Source: a virus (Duplodnaviria; Caudoviricetes). From it: DNA of 64,000 nt. The position numbers were made by a program, and so were the translations under genes. The notes below the pieces were generated by a model. The model saw only the letters and a list, made by a program, of their open reading frames with translations, was not told where the DNA came from and ran no database searches. The DNA lies in the IMG/VR virus record IMGVR_UViG_3300029305_002995, positions 32,001 to 96,000 of that record. One strand, given 5' to 3'. Shown piece by piece: positions 40,672-49,502 of the stretch (position 1 is the first letter of the stretch; every line of letters starts with the position of its first letter).

Positions 40672-40775
40672 TAAAAAAACTCCACGAAGCCCCGTCTCGC
40701 AAACGAACTTCATGGAGTACACAAGAAAGATTAACTTTGCATAAAATTATGTAAAGTTAAAGGAAAATATGTGCA
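40672..40775 (-). ncRNA. Candidate cis-antisense RNA over the leader of the 40829 gene
   Basis: Minus-strand TTTACA-17-TACTAT promoter (40809-40781), two hairpins, terminal U-tract. Confidence 0.55.
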
Positions 40776-40828
40776 TTTATATAGTATCATATATTTTCCT
40801 TCTTGTAAAGAAAGAAAGGGAGATTTTT

Positions 40829-41200
40829 ATGACAAATCAAGAACGTTTATTAGCTTTAAACTATGTATTAGATGAACAGTTTAAAATTCTAAGAAATGTA
40901 CTTTCACACATTACTTTCAAACAATTTAATGTAAGTGTGTATTTGAATAATAGTCAAAACATTCTTCTTGCCAGAATGAATGAACCCAATGCAATTAATA
41001 TGGTACTAAATAAAGAAACTTTTAGTGTGGACGATACTGATATTTGGATTCGTAAAGCCAATGGTTCTCAGAGTTGTATATTACATATTCCCTACTCTAC
41101 TATTGAGAATTGTATGGTTAGACGATATAGAGGAAATTATTACTCTATTTCTATGACTTTACATAATGGTATCTATTATGAATTGGATGTGGAATTTTAA
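40829..41200 (+). CDS. Hypothetical protein, probably SOS-controlled (start corrected to MTNQE)
   Basis: GGGAG RBS before 40829. Confidence 0.65.
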   Translation: MTNQERLLALNYVLDEQFKILRNVLSHITFKQFNVSVYLNNSQNILLARMNEPNAINMVLNKETFSVDDTDIWIRKANGSQSCILHIPYSTIENCMVRRYRGNYYSISMTLHNGIYYELDVEF

Positions 41201-41320
41201 GGTGCTGTAATGCACCTTAAATCTATTTTTAATATAGTAAGGTTGTAAATTGTCTTATATCTAAAATTTCGATTTTAAGGTATTGTAGGCGGTCTGGAAA
41301 AGTTTCAAGGTGGTGAAATT

Positions 41321-41608
41321 ATGGCAACAATAAATGATTTAATGCAAGTGTATTCTGTTTCTGTAGAAATTTTCGATGGTATTAATCGACAGTTTAATCA
41401 GATGCAAGCTCCAAGACTTGTAATTCAAAATGACTTTTTATCATTGGTACAGCAAGCAGCTAATACACTTTCGCCTATTCGTATTATAATGAGTCGGTCT
41501 GTTCCTATTTGGGATAATTTTGAAAATCGACAACGTACTATTGAAAATAAAATAGTCTTTAAGAATAATGCGTTTTTGTCGGCTTATGCTAATTATCCAG
41601 ATGAATAA
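41321..41608 (+). CDS. Hypothetical protein
   Basis: GGTG RBS. Confidence 0.6.
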   Translation: MATINDLMQVYSVSVEIFDGINRQFNQMQAPRLVIQNDFLSLVQQAANTLSPIRIIMSRSVPIWDNFENRQRTIENKIVFKNNAFLSAYANYPDE

Positions 41609-41657
41609 ACAAGAAAATAACTCCAAAAATTAATTTGAAAAATTTCAAAAAAAGGTG

Positions 41658-41686
41658 TTGACAACATCAAAACGATGTGATATACT
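41658..41686 (+). promoter_or_regulatory. SigA-type promoter of the tRNA/ncRNA operon
   Basis: TTGACA-17-TATACT. Confidence 0.75.
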
Positions 41687-41901
41687 AAGGACAGTAAATC
41701 GAACAGATTTACTTCACAACTTTATTTCAGATAATAAGGTTATGAGTTCGGCATTATTAACTCCTTTCGTATATTGTGTCAGTTTAATGGCAGTTGTAAA
41801 ACAGGTAGTAAGTTTTAAATAATGGCAGGTTTAAAACACGATAAGTTAAACTGATACAATAAACAATTATTAAGAAAATAAAGTTGTAATCTGTCTAATA
41901 T

Positions 41902-41987
41902 GGTGGAGTGGTGGAATAGGCAGACACCACGGACTTAAAATCCGTTGCTTCAAAGGCGTGAGGGTTCAAATCCCTTCTCCACCACCA
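41902..41987 (+). tRNA. tRNA-Leu(TAA)
   Basis: ACGGA-CTTAAAA-TCCGT arm; ACCA end. Confidence 0.92.
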
Positions 41988-42107
41988 TAAGCGATAATCA
42001 AAAATGGCATGGTGAATAGTTTCGCTTTGTTGTTCAAACAATTATCTTATAGAAAAATAAGACTGCGAATAAAAATGTGGCTCAACAGGTTATCGCTTAT
42101 ATTATAT

Positions 42108-42195
42108 GGGGAAATGGCTGAGTGGTTGAAAGCAGTTGCCTACTAAGCAACCAAGTGTAACAGCTTCGGGGGTTCGAATCCCTCTTTCCCCGCCA
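42108..42195 (+). tRNA. tRNA-Ser(ACT), unusual A34
   Basis: GTTGC-CTACTAA-GCAAC arm; long variable arm; GCCA end. Confidence 0.85.
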
Positions 42196-42344
42196 ACTAT
42201 CAGATTAAATAATGTGGTCTGATGCGTGAAATGGTTTTTTGTTTGTTGTGCGACTTTGAAATCTCCTTTTCAAAAAATAATCTTCATAGGTGTTACCTGT
42301 TGATATAATGGGTTGGATGAATAAAGACGCCCTCCTTTTTAAAT

Positions 42345-42421
42345 GTGCCTTTAGCTCAGTTGGTCAGAGCGGCAAACTCATAATTTGCGGGTCTACAGTT
42401 CGAACCTGTAAAGGCGCACCA
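42345..42421 (+). tRNA. tRNA-Met/Ile2(CAT)
   Basis: GCAAA-CTCATAA-TTTGC arm; ACCA end. Confidence 0.9.
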
Positions 42422-42548
42422 TTGGAATATTAAATTCCAACTTTTTTCAAAGTGTTTTTTCTTCTAAAAAACATTTTAGTCTCCTAATCTTCTTTATTTT
42501 TTTATCCTATCTATTTTTTGCTTGTATTTAATAGTGCAAGCAAAATAT

Positions 42549-42622
42549 GTTCCGTTAGTTTAATGGTAAAAACAACTGCTTATCAATCAGTAGTGATGTT
42601 GGTTCGAGTCCAATGCGGAATA
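42549..42622 (+). tRNA. tRNA with ATC anticodon (Asp-like, A34; possibly degenerate)
   Basis: Cloverleaf with loop TTATCAA; one anticodon-stem mismatch; no encoded CCA. Confidence 0.6.
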
Positions 42623-42629
42623 ATATCTT

Positions 42630-43015
42630 AAAGATAAGATGATACACAAAATCGTTTAGACTAACGAGGTTAGCTTGGTTAATAAGATTCTGACGAGAAT
42701 TTGTTCCCAAGAAGTTTATCTTTAACTGCAAGATAAACAAGTCTGGAAGATTCATTAAAAGGACGTTTGGTTTATGCGTGTAGGTGTACAACTACAATAA
42801 ACTATTTTCGGGCTTACGGAAAATTAAAATGACAGAGCCATTAGCATACAATGATTGCGAAAAGAACGCTGGTTTAGCAAGAAAACCACAGTATGTATCT
42901 TGCATTGATGATAATTTTGGGTGTGACACGATAAGTGTTTAGCAAGATTCAGAGCCTTGCTGATAATGGGAGTGTCAAAGTATCTGGACAGTGGAAGTAA
43001 AGATGCTAAGAGACA
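42630..43015 (+). ncRNA. Candidate large structured ncRNA in the tRNA cluster
   Basis: No credible ORF; many nested helices (GTTTATCT/AGATAAAC, TGGTTT/AAACCA, AGCAAG/CTTGCT, TGACAC/GTGTCA). Confidence 0.45.
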
Positions 43016-43022
43016 ATAATAT

Positions 43023-43102
43023 GAGTAGATATGTAAGTGGTTGACATACAATCCTTTTATTTCGTTAAGCGGATTGCGTAGGTTCGAATCCTACTCTACT
43101 CG
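43023..43102 (+). ncRNA. tRNA-like element with a 16-nt anticodon loop
   Basis: Perfect acceptor GAGTAGA/TCTACTC and T-arm GTAGG-TTCGAAT-CCTAC; AATCC/GGATT closes an oversized loop. Confidence 0.6.
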
Positions 43103-43313
43103 GTCGAATATAGATAGTCAGAGTGTACATAATGGCTATTTTGCAAGCGGAAAATTTTCAAAAAGACAATAAAATAGTTGTTTTATGTGATTTTTTGCAG
43201 TTTACGATTTTGCCCAAATTCACTTAGCAGTATCTATTATTGCTATTTCAAAATTAGTAATCTAAAAACGTTTGCAAACAGTGTCCCTGTTACTGCTACT
43301 ACAGGGTGTACAA

Positions 43314-43397
43314 GGGGATATGTCGGAATTGGCAGACGAGGTAGACTCAAAATCTATTGCTTTATGCGTGTGGGTTCAAGTCCCACTATCCCCACCA
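43314..43397 (+). tRNA. tRNA-Leu(CAA)
   Basis: GTAGA-CTCAAAA-TCTAT arm; ACCA end. Confidence 0.92.
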
Positions 43398-43561
43398 ATA
43401 CGATAGGCTTACCAATTAGTCACCTCTCTTCTTTTTATGTTTTGTTGTGTTTTTTATGGGTTTTGGCGTTATTGGTTTTTTGTTTTTCATTTTTCAGATT
43501 AATCTCCTTTTAAATATAATTTCTGCTTGTTTGATATATTTAATTGATAAGTCTATCGTAT
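43398..43561 (+). ncRNA. Stem-closed inter-tRNA RNA with anti-SD/anti-leader loop
   Basis: 21-bp stem ATACGATAGGCTTACCAATTA/TAATTGATAAGTCTATCGTAT; loop contains CACCTC and ATCTCCTTTT. Confidence 0.6.
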
Positions 43562-43570
43562 TTATTATAT

Positions 43571-43647
43571 GCGGTATTAATGTTCAATGGTTAGCATATC
43601 AGCCTTCCAAGCTGAGAGTGAGGGTTCGAGTCCCTTATACCGCTCCA
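43571..43647 (+). tRNA. tRNA-Gly(TCC)
   Basis: TCAGC-CTTCCAA-GCTGA arm; TCCA end. Confidence 0.9.
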
Positions 43648-43932
43648 GATTCAATTTAGTTGAATTAACACGATGGTTATATCTTTAATCATGCGTAGTG
43701 TACTCGCAAGGGTACTGAGCCTGTCGAATCAGCAGGAGAAAAATTGGTTCATTATGCGCCCATTTAGTAAAACAACTGTGTGTTGTGTGATTGTTTTACT
43801 AAAATTAGCAAAAAGGTTAAGGGTTTTCCTTTTTGCAATCTTCGTTATAATAATTACTGTTCCTTAAAAGTAATAACGTTATTATAAATGGATTAAGAAA
43901 ACCCACTCCGTTTAAGGTGGTGAAATAAAAAA

Positions 43933-44123
43933 ATGGAACATAAGCATTTAGCTAAAGTAAGACCAATCGGAAAATTTTTGGTGTATGCGGTGGTTTAGGT
44001 GAATATTTTAATATCGACCCAACATGGATTAGATTAGGTTGGTGTGCTAGTGTGGTTCTGTGTGGTGTTGGTATTGTTGCTTATCTTGTAGCTGCATTGG
44101 TAATGCCAGAATGTGATAAATAA
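43933..44123 (+). pseudogene. pspC: PspC-domain membrane protein with a 1-nt frameshift
   Basis: MEHKHLAK, then in the -1 frame KTNRKIFGVCGGLGEYFNIDPTWIRL...YLVAALVMP. Confidence 0.7.
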
Positions 44124-44147
44124 ATAGTGCAAGGTGGTAAGGTTATA

Positions 44148-44267
44148 ATGTTTAGTAAAGAACTTGTTGTAATGATGTTGGAAAGTCGTGCAGAAAAACT
44201 TTCTAAGAATCCAGACAATAATAAATTGCTTGCAAAAGTAAAACGTAGAATTAAAAAATTAAAATAA
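44148..44267 (+). CDS. 39-aa basic peptide (not in ORF track)
   Basis: MFSKELVVMMLESRAEKLSKNPDNNKLLAKVKRRIKKLK; ends immediately before a tRNA. Confidence 0.5.
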   Translation: MFSKELVVMMLESRAEKLSKNPDNNKLLAKVKRRIKKLK

Positions 44268-44351
44268 GTCGATATGCTGGAATTGGCAGACAAAACAGAT
44301 TTAGAATCTGTTGCTTTATGCGTAAGGGTTCGAGTCCCTTTATCGACACCA
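44268..44351 (+). tRNA. tRNA-Leu(TAG)
   Basis: ACAGA-TTTAGAA-TCTGT arm; ACCA end. Confidence 0.9.
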
Positions 44352-44545
44352 TAATGTTGTCTTAATATATGCAAATAACATTAATATTAAAAAACAAAAG
44401 TCGTATCTTGTTCGGAAATAAAAATGTCAAATGCACACTTTTCTTTGTTCTATTAAGGCAATGTTAGGGTGGTTGTGGGGACTCCATCAGCACATAAATA
44501 AGTCCCTAAACAGAACATTTTATTATTTTAAGGAGGTAGATTCCG

Positions 44546-45682
44546 ATGGTGAAGAAAATTATTTCTTCTATGGTAGCAATTGCAATGATGCTTTCTATGA
44601 GTATTTCTGCTTTTGCTACCGATACTGTTGTATTCGGTGGCAATTCTAAAGTTGTAAACGATACTCCAGTATCTACAATTACTTTTGAAGATGTATACAT
44701 CTTCGATAAAGAAATGAACGTAAAAACCAATGCCATTGTAAAAGGTGAAGCATACGAAAATCTTGTTGCAGGAGATATTCTGATGTTCCCTATGAATGGC
44801 GTACAGGCTGTCAATGGAGAATACAAAGTAGATAAGGATTGGAAAATTAAAGTTACCAATTCTCGCTTTGTAGAAAATGCAGAGTTCTTCTATGACGAAA
44901 AAAATGTTGTTCCAGATGCTACTGGTGACGTTTCTGGTTCTTATGTAAAAATTACCTTGTCTGATAATTTTAACTCTTATGAAGCTGACTATGCTACTTT
45001 TGAGTTCTTTGTTTATGACAAAAATGAACCAGAACAGAAAACCGCTATTCAGTCTGTAAAATATAAATTTGCAGATTACGCAGAAGTAGAACTGGACGAG
45101 TTCGATGTAAATACTATTGTTTCTTTGGAAAAAAATACTGTTTACACTCTTGCTGATGGCGTAAAATCCGCTAATGTTATGTTTGATATGGATGGTTTGA
45201 ATATTGTTGTTCGTATGTATGAAGATGAAGAATATCTTGTAAAAGAACATTCTGTTGAATACAATAAAGAACTGTCTATCAAATATGACACTGATATTGA
45301 AGTGATTACCATTGATAGCAACATTGATATTTATGATATTCTATTTGAATCTAAAAAAGACGACAAAGCTATTTATGTAGTAGATGGTGATGAACTTGTT
45401 CTTGTAGAAACAGAATACGTTGAAAAATACGAATTGAATAAAGGCGAATATACCTTGATTAAAGGTTATGTTGTAGAGAATGTAACTGATGCAGAATGGG
45501 TGGTTCTGGATGCAGATGTAGAAATTGCAGTTAAAGAACCAGAGGTAGAAAAACCAGTTGAAACTCCTTCTGTTGATGTGAAACCAAATCCAGAAACTGG
45601 TGCTGGCAATGTAGTTAGTGTAGCTACTGCTATGGCTGTTATGTCTGTAATTGGTTTAGGCGTACTATCCTCTAAAAGATAG
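44546..45682 (+). CDS. Secreted, cell-wall-anchored protein (NPETG sorting signal)
   Basis: Signal peptide ending SAFA; C-terminal NPETG, hydrophobic helix and KR. Confidence 0.8.
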   Translation: MVKKIISSMVAIAMMLSMSISAFATDTVVFGGNSKVVNDTPVSTITFEDVYIFDKEMNVKTNAIVKGEAYENLVAGDILMFPMNGVQAVNGEYKVDKDWKIKVTNSRFVENAEFFYDEKNVVPDATGDVSGSYVKITLSDNFNSYEADYATFEFFVYDKNEPEQKTAIQSVKYKFADYAEVELDEFDVNTIVSLEKNTVYTLADGVKSANVMFDMDGLNIVVRMYEDEEYLVKEHSVEYNKELSIKYDTDIEVITIDSNIDIYDILFESKKDDKAIYVVDGDELVLVETEYVEKYELNKGEYTLIKGYVVENVTDAEWVVLDADVEIAVKEPEVEKPVETPSVDVKPNPETGAGNVVSVATAMAVMSVIGLGVLSSKR

Positions 45683-45742
45683 TTCAATAAAAGTCAGCTT
45701 AGATTATTTGTGTGGAGCATTTATCTAAGCTGACGCAAATAT

Positions 45743-45816
45743 TGAGCATTAGTGTAATGGTAGCACAACACACTTTGACTGTGTTCGAGGTGGTTCAAGT
45801 CCACCATGCTCAGCCA
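45743..45816 (+). tRNA. tRNA-Gln(TTG)
   Basis: ACACA-CTTTGAC-TGTGT arm; GCCA end. Confidence 0.9.
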
Positions 45817-46070
45817 ATAACATCTATCTTTCAGTAGCGACACCTCTTTCAGAAACAGGCTGAAAGCTGTACCTATTCGGGAAGGTGGCAGGAAGAAACC
45901 AGCTTTTTAATTTGATAGCAGTCTCCTATTTAATTGCTTTTGTGTTTTCAGTTGTGGTTATGTGGATATTGAGGTAGTGACACATAACCACAACGCACAC
46001 ACGATAATAGGACTTTAAATAAATAGGTTAGCGTGGTTGTTAAACCGCGCATTTCCCATATATAAATTTT

Positions 46071-46727
46071 TTGGAAGGAATGGAACAAATGAATGTTACA
46101 GAAAACACGATGTTTGAACAACATTTAAATTCTGAATTTTATCCTAATACATTGATTAAGATGGTTAGTGTAGACGACACTGAAACACTATTGTCATACA
46201 GCACTTTAATTAATCATTTGTTTGCAAGTAAAGAAAAATCATTTGAAAATATTAAACGTCTTGAAATCTATACTAAAGGCGATAATTTAGAAAAACTACT
46301 GTGTGGAATTGCTCCTTTATGGAAAGAGCATGAAAGCAAAGAACTATTTGAAAAATATTATCGTTTAAGTGAAATGATGCGATGCTTGTACTGTAATCAA
46401 TTTGAAGAAGATACTGGTGAACCTGCTTATATTTTCTTGGATATTGAAAATGAACCAGAAAAGTTAATTGCAACATGGCAAGGTAAACTTGTAGGACATG
46501 ATGAAGAAAATAATGAATTATATGAAGATTCATTTAGCTATCGTCCTGCTACTATTGAAGAACGTGGTATTTTGGATTTAATTCAAGATATTGTTAAAGT
46601 AGAATTGCCAGAAAAATTTATTGTTGTACACGAAGATAATATTACTTTAGGTGGTTGTAAAAATCTATATAGTCATATTGCTGCTATTGGTTTCCCGCCT
46701 CATATTGTAAATATTAATGCAGAGTAA
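46071..46727 (+). CDS. Hypothetical protein
   Basis: 218-aa ORF. Confidence 0.65.
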   Translation: MEGMEQMNVTENTMFEQHLNSEFYPNTLIKMVSVDDTETLLSYSTLINHLFASKEKSFENIKRLEIYTKGDNLEKLLCGIAPLWKEHESKELFEKYYRLSEMMRCLYCNQFEEDTGEPAYIFLDIENEPEKLIATWQGKLVGHDEENNELYEDSFSYRPATIEERGILDLIQDIVKVELPEKFIVVHEDNITLGGCKNLYSHIAAIGFPPHIVNINAE

Positions 46728-46740
46728 GTGAGTTGGTTAA

Positions 46741-47271
46741 ATGGTTAAAACTATCGAAGGAAAAGTTAATAACTTGTTCGATTATAGTATGAATCTTGTT
46801 GTATGTCCTGTTGGATTAAATGGTTATAACCAAAAAGGATTTTCTGGTTACATAGGTCATAATTATCCACATATTGAAAAAGAATTATTGAAATATGTTG
46901 CCTATCGTCAAAAACATAATAAAGGACTTGTTTTCGGAACAAATCAATATGTTCCAATAGATATTTGGTCTTTAATTATGTGTGATACTTTGAAAAACGA
47001 AACTATTTCTTGTTACGATACTAAATATTGCTATGTTGTTAATATGTTTTGCCAGACTAAAAACAGCGAAGGGTTTAACGTAGACATGAAAGCAATTAAG
47101 ACAGCTTTTATAGATGTTAAAACAAAGGCTGAAAAAGGTAATCATAAAAATATTGCCATCCTCTATAGTAGACGAGAATACGGTGGTATTTCAATCCAAG
47201 AAGTAGTGACGATTGCGGAAAAGATATTTAATAATTCTAATCTTAATGTTACTGTAATTCAGTGTGATTAA
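46741..47271 (+). CDS. Macrodomain-like protein
   Basis: IEG..NLFD, G..G....I...YP, VVNMFCQ, IAI...GG pattern (degenerate). Confidence 0.55.
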   Translation: MVKTIEGKVNNLFDYSMNLVVCPVGLNGYNQKGFSGYIGHNYPHIEKELLKYVAYRQKHNKGLVFGTNQYVPIDIWSLIMCDTLKNETISCYDTKYCYVVNMFCQTKNSEGFNVDMKAIKTAFIDVKTKAEKGNHKNIAILYSRREYGGISIQEVVTIAEKIFNNSNLNVTVIQCD

Positions 47272-47320
47272 GATATAGATAAATTCACGCTGACAGTTAG
47301 TTTTAATTGTCAGCGTTTTT

Positions 47321-47932
47321 TTGAAAGGTGTCAAAATGGAAAAACAAAAAGAAGTAAAAAAACGTAAAAAAAGAAATGAATTATATAATGCTCCTTTAAC
47401 CGATAATCAAAGAAAACTTGTTGAAGATAATTATAAATTAATTCAAGGTTATGCACGTTGGCGCAATATCAATCTTAGTGACTATCATGGTTTGTTAGCT
47501 ATTGGTCTGTGTAATGCGGCAAAGTTATATAATCCAGAAAAAGGGTCTTTTTCTTCTATCGCTTATTATTGTATGGACAATGAATTTGGACATTACAATA
47601 CAAAAACAAAAACACAAAAACGTAATAATGGAGAATCAGATTGGTCATACAATAATATAGACAAAAAGAGCGAAGAAGAATACATTAATATTCTTACAGA
47701 TAAAACTTTCGATACTCTATGGATTGAAATGGAGTTGAAAGATACATTAGAAAAATTTATCCAATTATTCCCAAAACAAAGATACAGAGAAATTATTCAG
47801 TTACGTTGTTTAGGGTATAATTTGGACGAGATTGCCATTATGTACGGCTATAAAGACAGAAGAAATATCGATTATTATATGAAAGAGATTAGAAAAAAAT
47901 GGCGTGAATATCGTTCAAAAGATAGTAAATAA
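47321..47932 (+). CDS. Phage sigma-70-like factor
   Basis: QRKLVEDNYKLI, IGLCNAAKLYNPEKGSFSSIAY (region 2), C-terminal HTH. Confidence 0.8.
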   Translation: MKGVKMEKQKEVKKRKKRNELYNAPLTDNQRKLVEDNYKLIQGYARWRNINLSDYHGLLAIGLCNAAKLYNPEKGSFSSIAYYCMDNEFGHYNTKTKTQKRNNGESDWSYNNIDKKSEEEYINILTDKTFDTLWIEMELKDTLEKFIQLFPKQRYREIIQLRCLGYNLDEIAIMYGYKDRRNIDYYMKEIRKKWREYRSKDSK

Positions 47933-48007
47933 CATAATAAAACTATTGACATATATGGATAAATATGATATACTATATATAGTTAGTAAGGTTATATGTT
48001 ATTATGA

Positions 48008-48346
48008 TTGGGGTCAACAATGAAAAAATATTTGTTAAAATGTATTATGTGTGGTTTGTTGATTGGATTAACTGTAATTGTAATCGAACACTGTTCAATT
48101 ACAAAGGATAGGTTAACTAACAATACTTTTTCTTCTTTTGAAGAAAGTAAGGTTGTAACTCATATCCCTAAACAAACAACTTCTATTGAGTCCGTTAGTT
48201 TTGCTGTTAATGGATTGGTTTATGACAATAAAACACAGTTTTTATATGAAGTGTACGAATTGGAGCAAGGGTTAATCTATAAACCATATATTCAAAATAA
48301 TCATTTTTGCAGATATGTAGATGAAAAGATAATTGAGGTTGTGTAA
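48008..48346 (+). CDS. Membrane-anchored hypothetical protein
   Basis: N-terminal hydrophobic segment. Confidence 0.55.
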   Translation: MGSTMKKYLLKCIMCGLLIGLTVIVIEHCSITKDRLTNNTFSSFEESKVVTHIPKQTTSIESVSFAVNGLVYDNKTQFLYEVYELEQGLIYKPYIQNNHFCRYVDEKIIEVV

Positions 48347-49502
48347 AATGGTCGTTAGAAAAGAGAGACAATTTTTGTGCTTCTACCTTGATGATGGTTC
48401 TGTAGTTAAATATGATTTTGCTCAACGTCGTTGCATTGGTAAAAGTGGTCGTGTAGTAAATCAATTAAATGGTCAATTAAAAGGAATTACGATTACTGAC
48501 GTTATTAGTAGTTGTGAAGATGTGAATTATGGTAGATTTTTGGAATTTCTACAAAGAAGCCATTATGGTGGCGGTATTAGTAATATCGGTTCAATCTTAA
48601 AAGAAGTAAATAATTTTGCAAATTACGAACAATTATTTTCTGCTGGTATTGGTCTGCAAATTATTAAAGATGCCAATAACAGATTTTTCAAATATTCTAT
48701 TAATGAAATTCCAAAAGCATTAATTAAATTGTTAAAAGAATATCCAGAGATTAAATTAGATAATTATTTTTTGGATTTTTTTAAACAACATCAAGACAAT
48801 ACTCTATCCGCTTATAATCAAGAATATATTAGTTTGACAAAAGAAGATATTACATTAATTCTTAAAAGTGGCTATTCTCAGAATTACTATTCATCAACAA
48901 GTCCAAGAATTTTCTATGTTAATCTGTTTTTAGATTTTGGATATACAATCAAGGGTTTAATGAATTACATGGATTATTTAAAAACCTTTGAAGGATTAGA
49001 TGATATGCTATGGAATATCAGAGAAATATATGACTACGCAAGATTAATGAATATGCTAAGTCTTAAATTCGACAAATATCCACGACATTTTTTAACTACA
49101 CATAAAATTGCTTCACGAAATTATAATCGTATGAAACAGTATTATGATGAAAAACAGTTTGAAAAAAGAATTGACAAGAGATTAGAACGTACATTTGGTG
49201 AATATCGATTCTATTATCCAGAAAGTACACAAGCTATCAAAGACGAAGCTGCTTCAATGAACAATTGTGTTGCATCGTATATTGACAAGGTAATTAAAGG
49301 TGAATGTCATATTCTATTTTTACGCTATAAAGAAAAACCAGACGAAAGCCTTGTAACTATTGAATTGAGGAATAACCGTATAGTACAGGCACTTCAAAAG
49401 TACAATCATCCATTAACCGCAGAGCAAAGAGAGGTTGTGGATAGATATAATAAATGGCTTGAAAATAAAGCTAAAGGACAAAATGAAAGCGAGGACGAAT
49501 AA
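48333..49502 (+). CDS. PcfJ-like domain protein
   Basis: IKDEAASMNNCVASY, LVTIE, IVQ motifs. Confidence 0.7.
   Translation: MRLCKMVVRKERQFLCFYLDDGSVVKYDFAQRRCIGKSGRVVNQLNGQLKGITITDVISSCEDVNYGRFLEFLQRSHYGGGISNIGSILKEVNNFANYEQLFSAGIGLQIIKDANNRFFKYSINEIPKALIKLLKEYPEIKLDNYFLDFFKQHQDNTLSAYNQEYISLTKEDITLILKSGYSQNYYSSTSPRIFYVNLFLDFGYTIKGLMNYMDYLKTFEGLDDMLWNIREIYDYARLMNMLSLKFDKYPRHFLTTHKIASRNYNRMKQYYDEKQFEKRIDKRLERTFGEYRFYYPESTQAIKDEAASMNNCVASYIDKVIKGECHILFLRYKEKPDESLVTIELRNNRIVQALQKYNHPLTAEQREVVDRYNKWLENKAKGQNESEDE

Noticed and set aside
40732-40760. dif/Xer site (TTATGTAAA arm)
   Set aside because: Arms are separated by 2 bp rather than 6; better explained as an RNA hairpin
42549-43102. tmRNA
   Set aside because: No Ala-type acceptor with G3.U70 and CCA, and no tag reading frame recognised
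42555-44649. Short ORF-track calls across the tRNA operon
   Set aside because: They overlap tRNAs or structured spacers and have low-complexity translations
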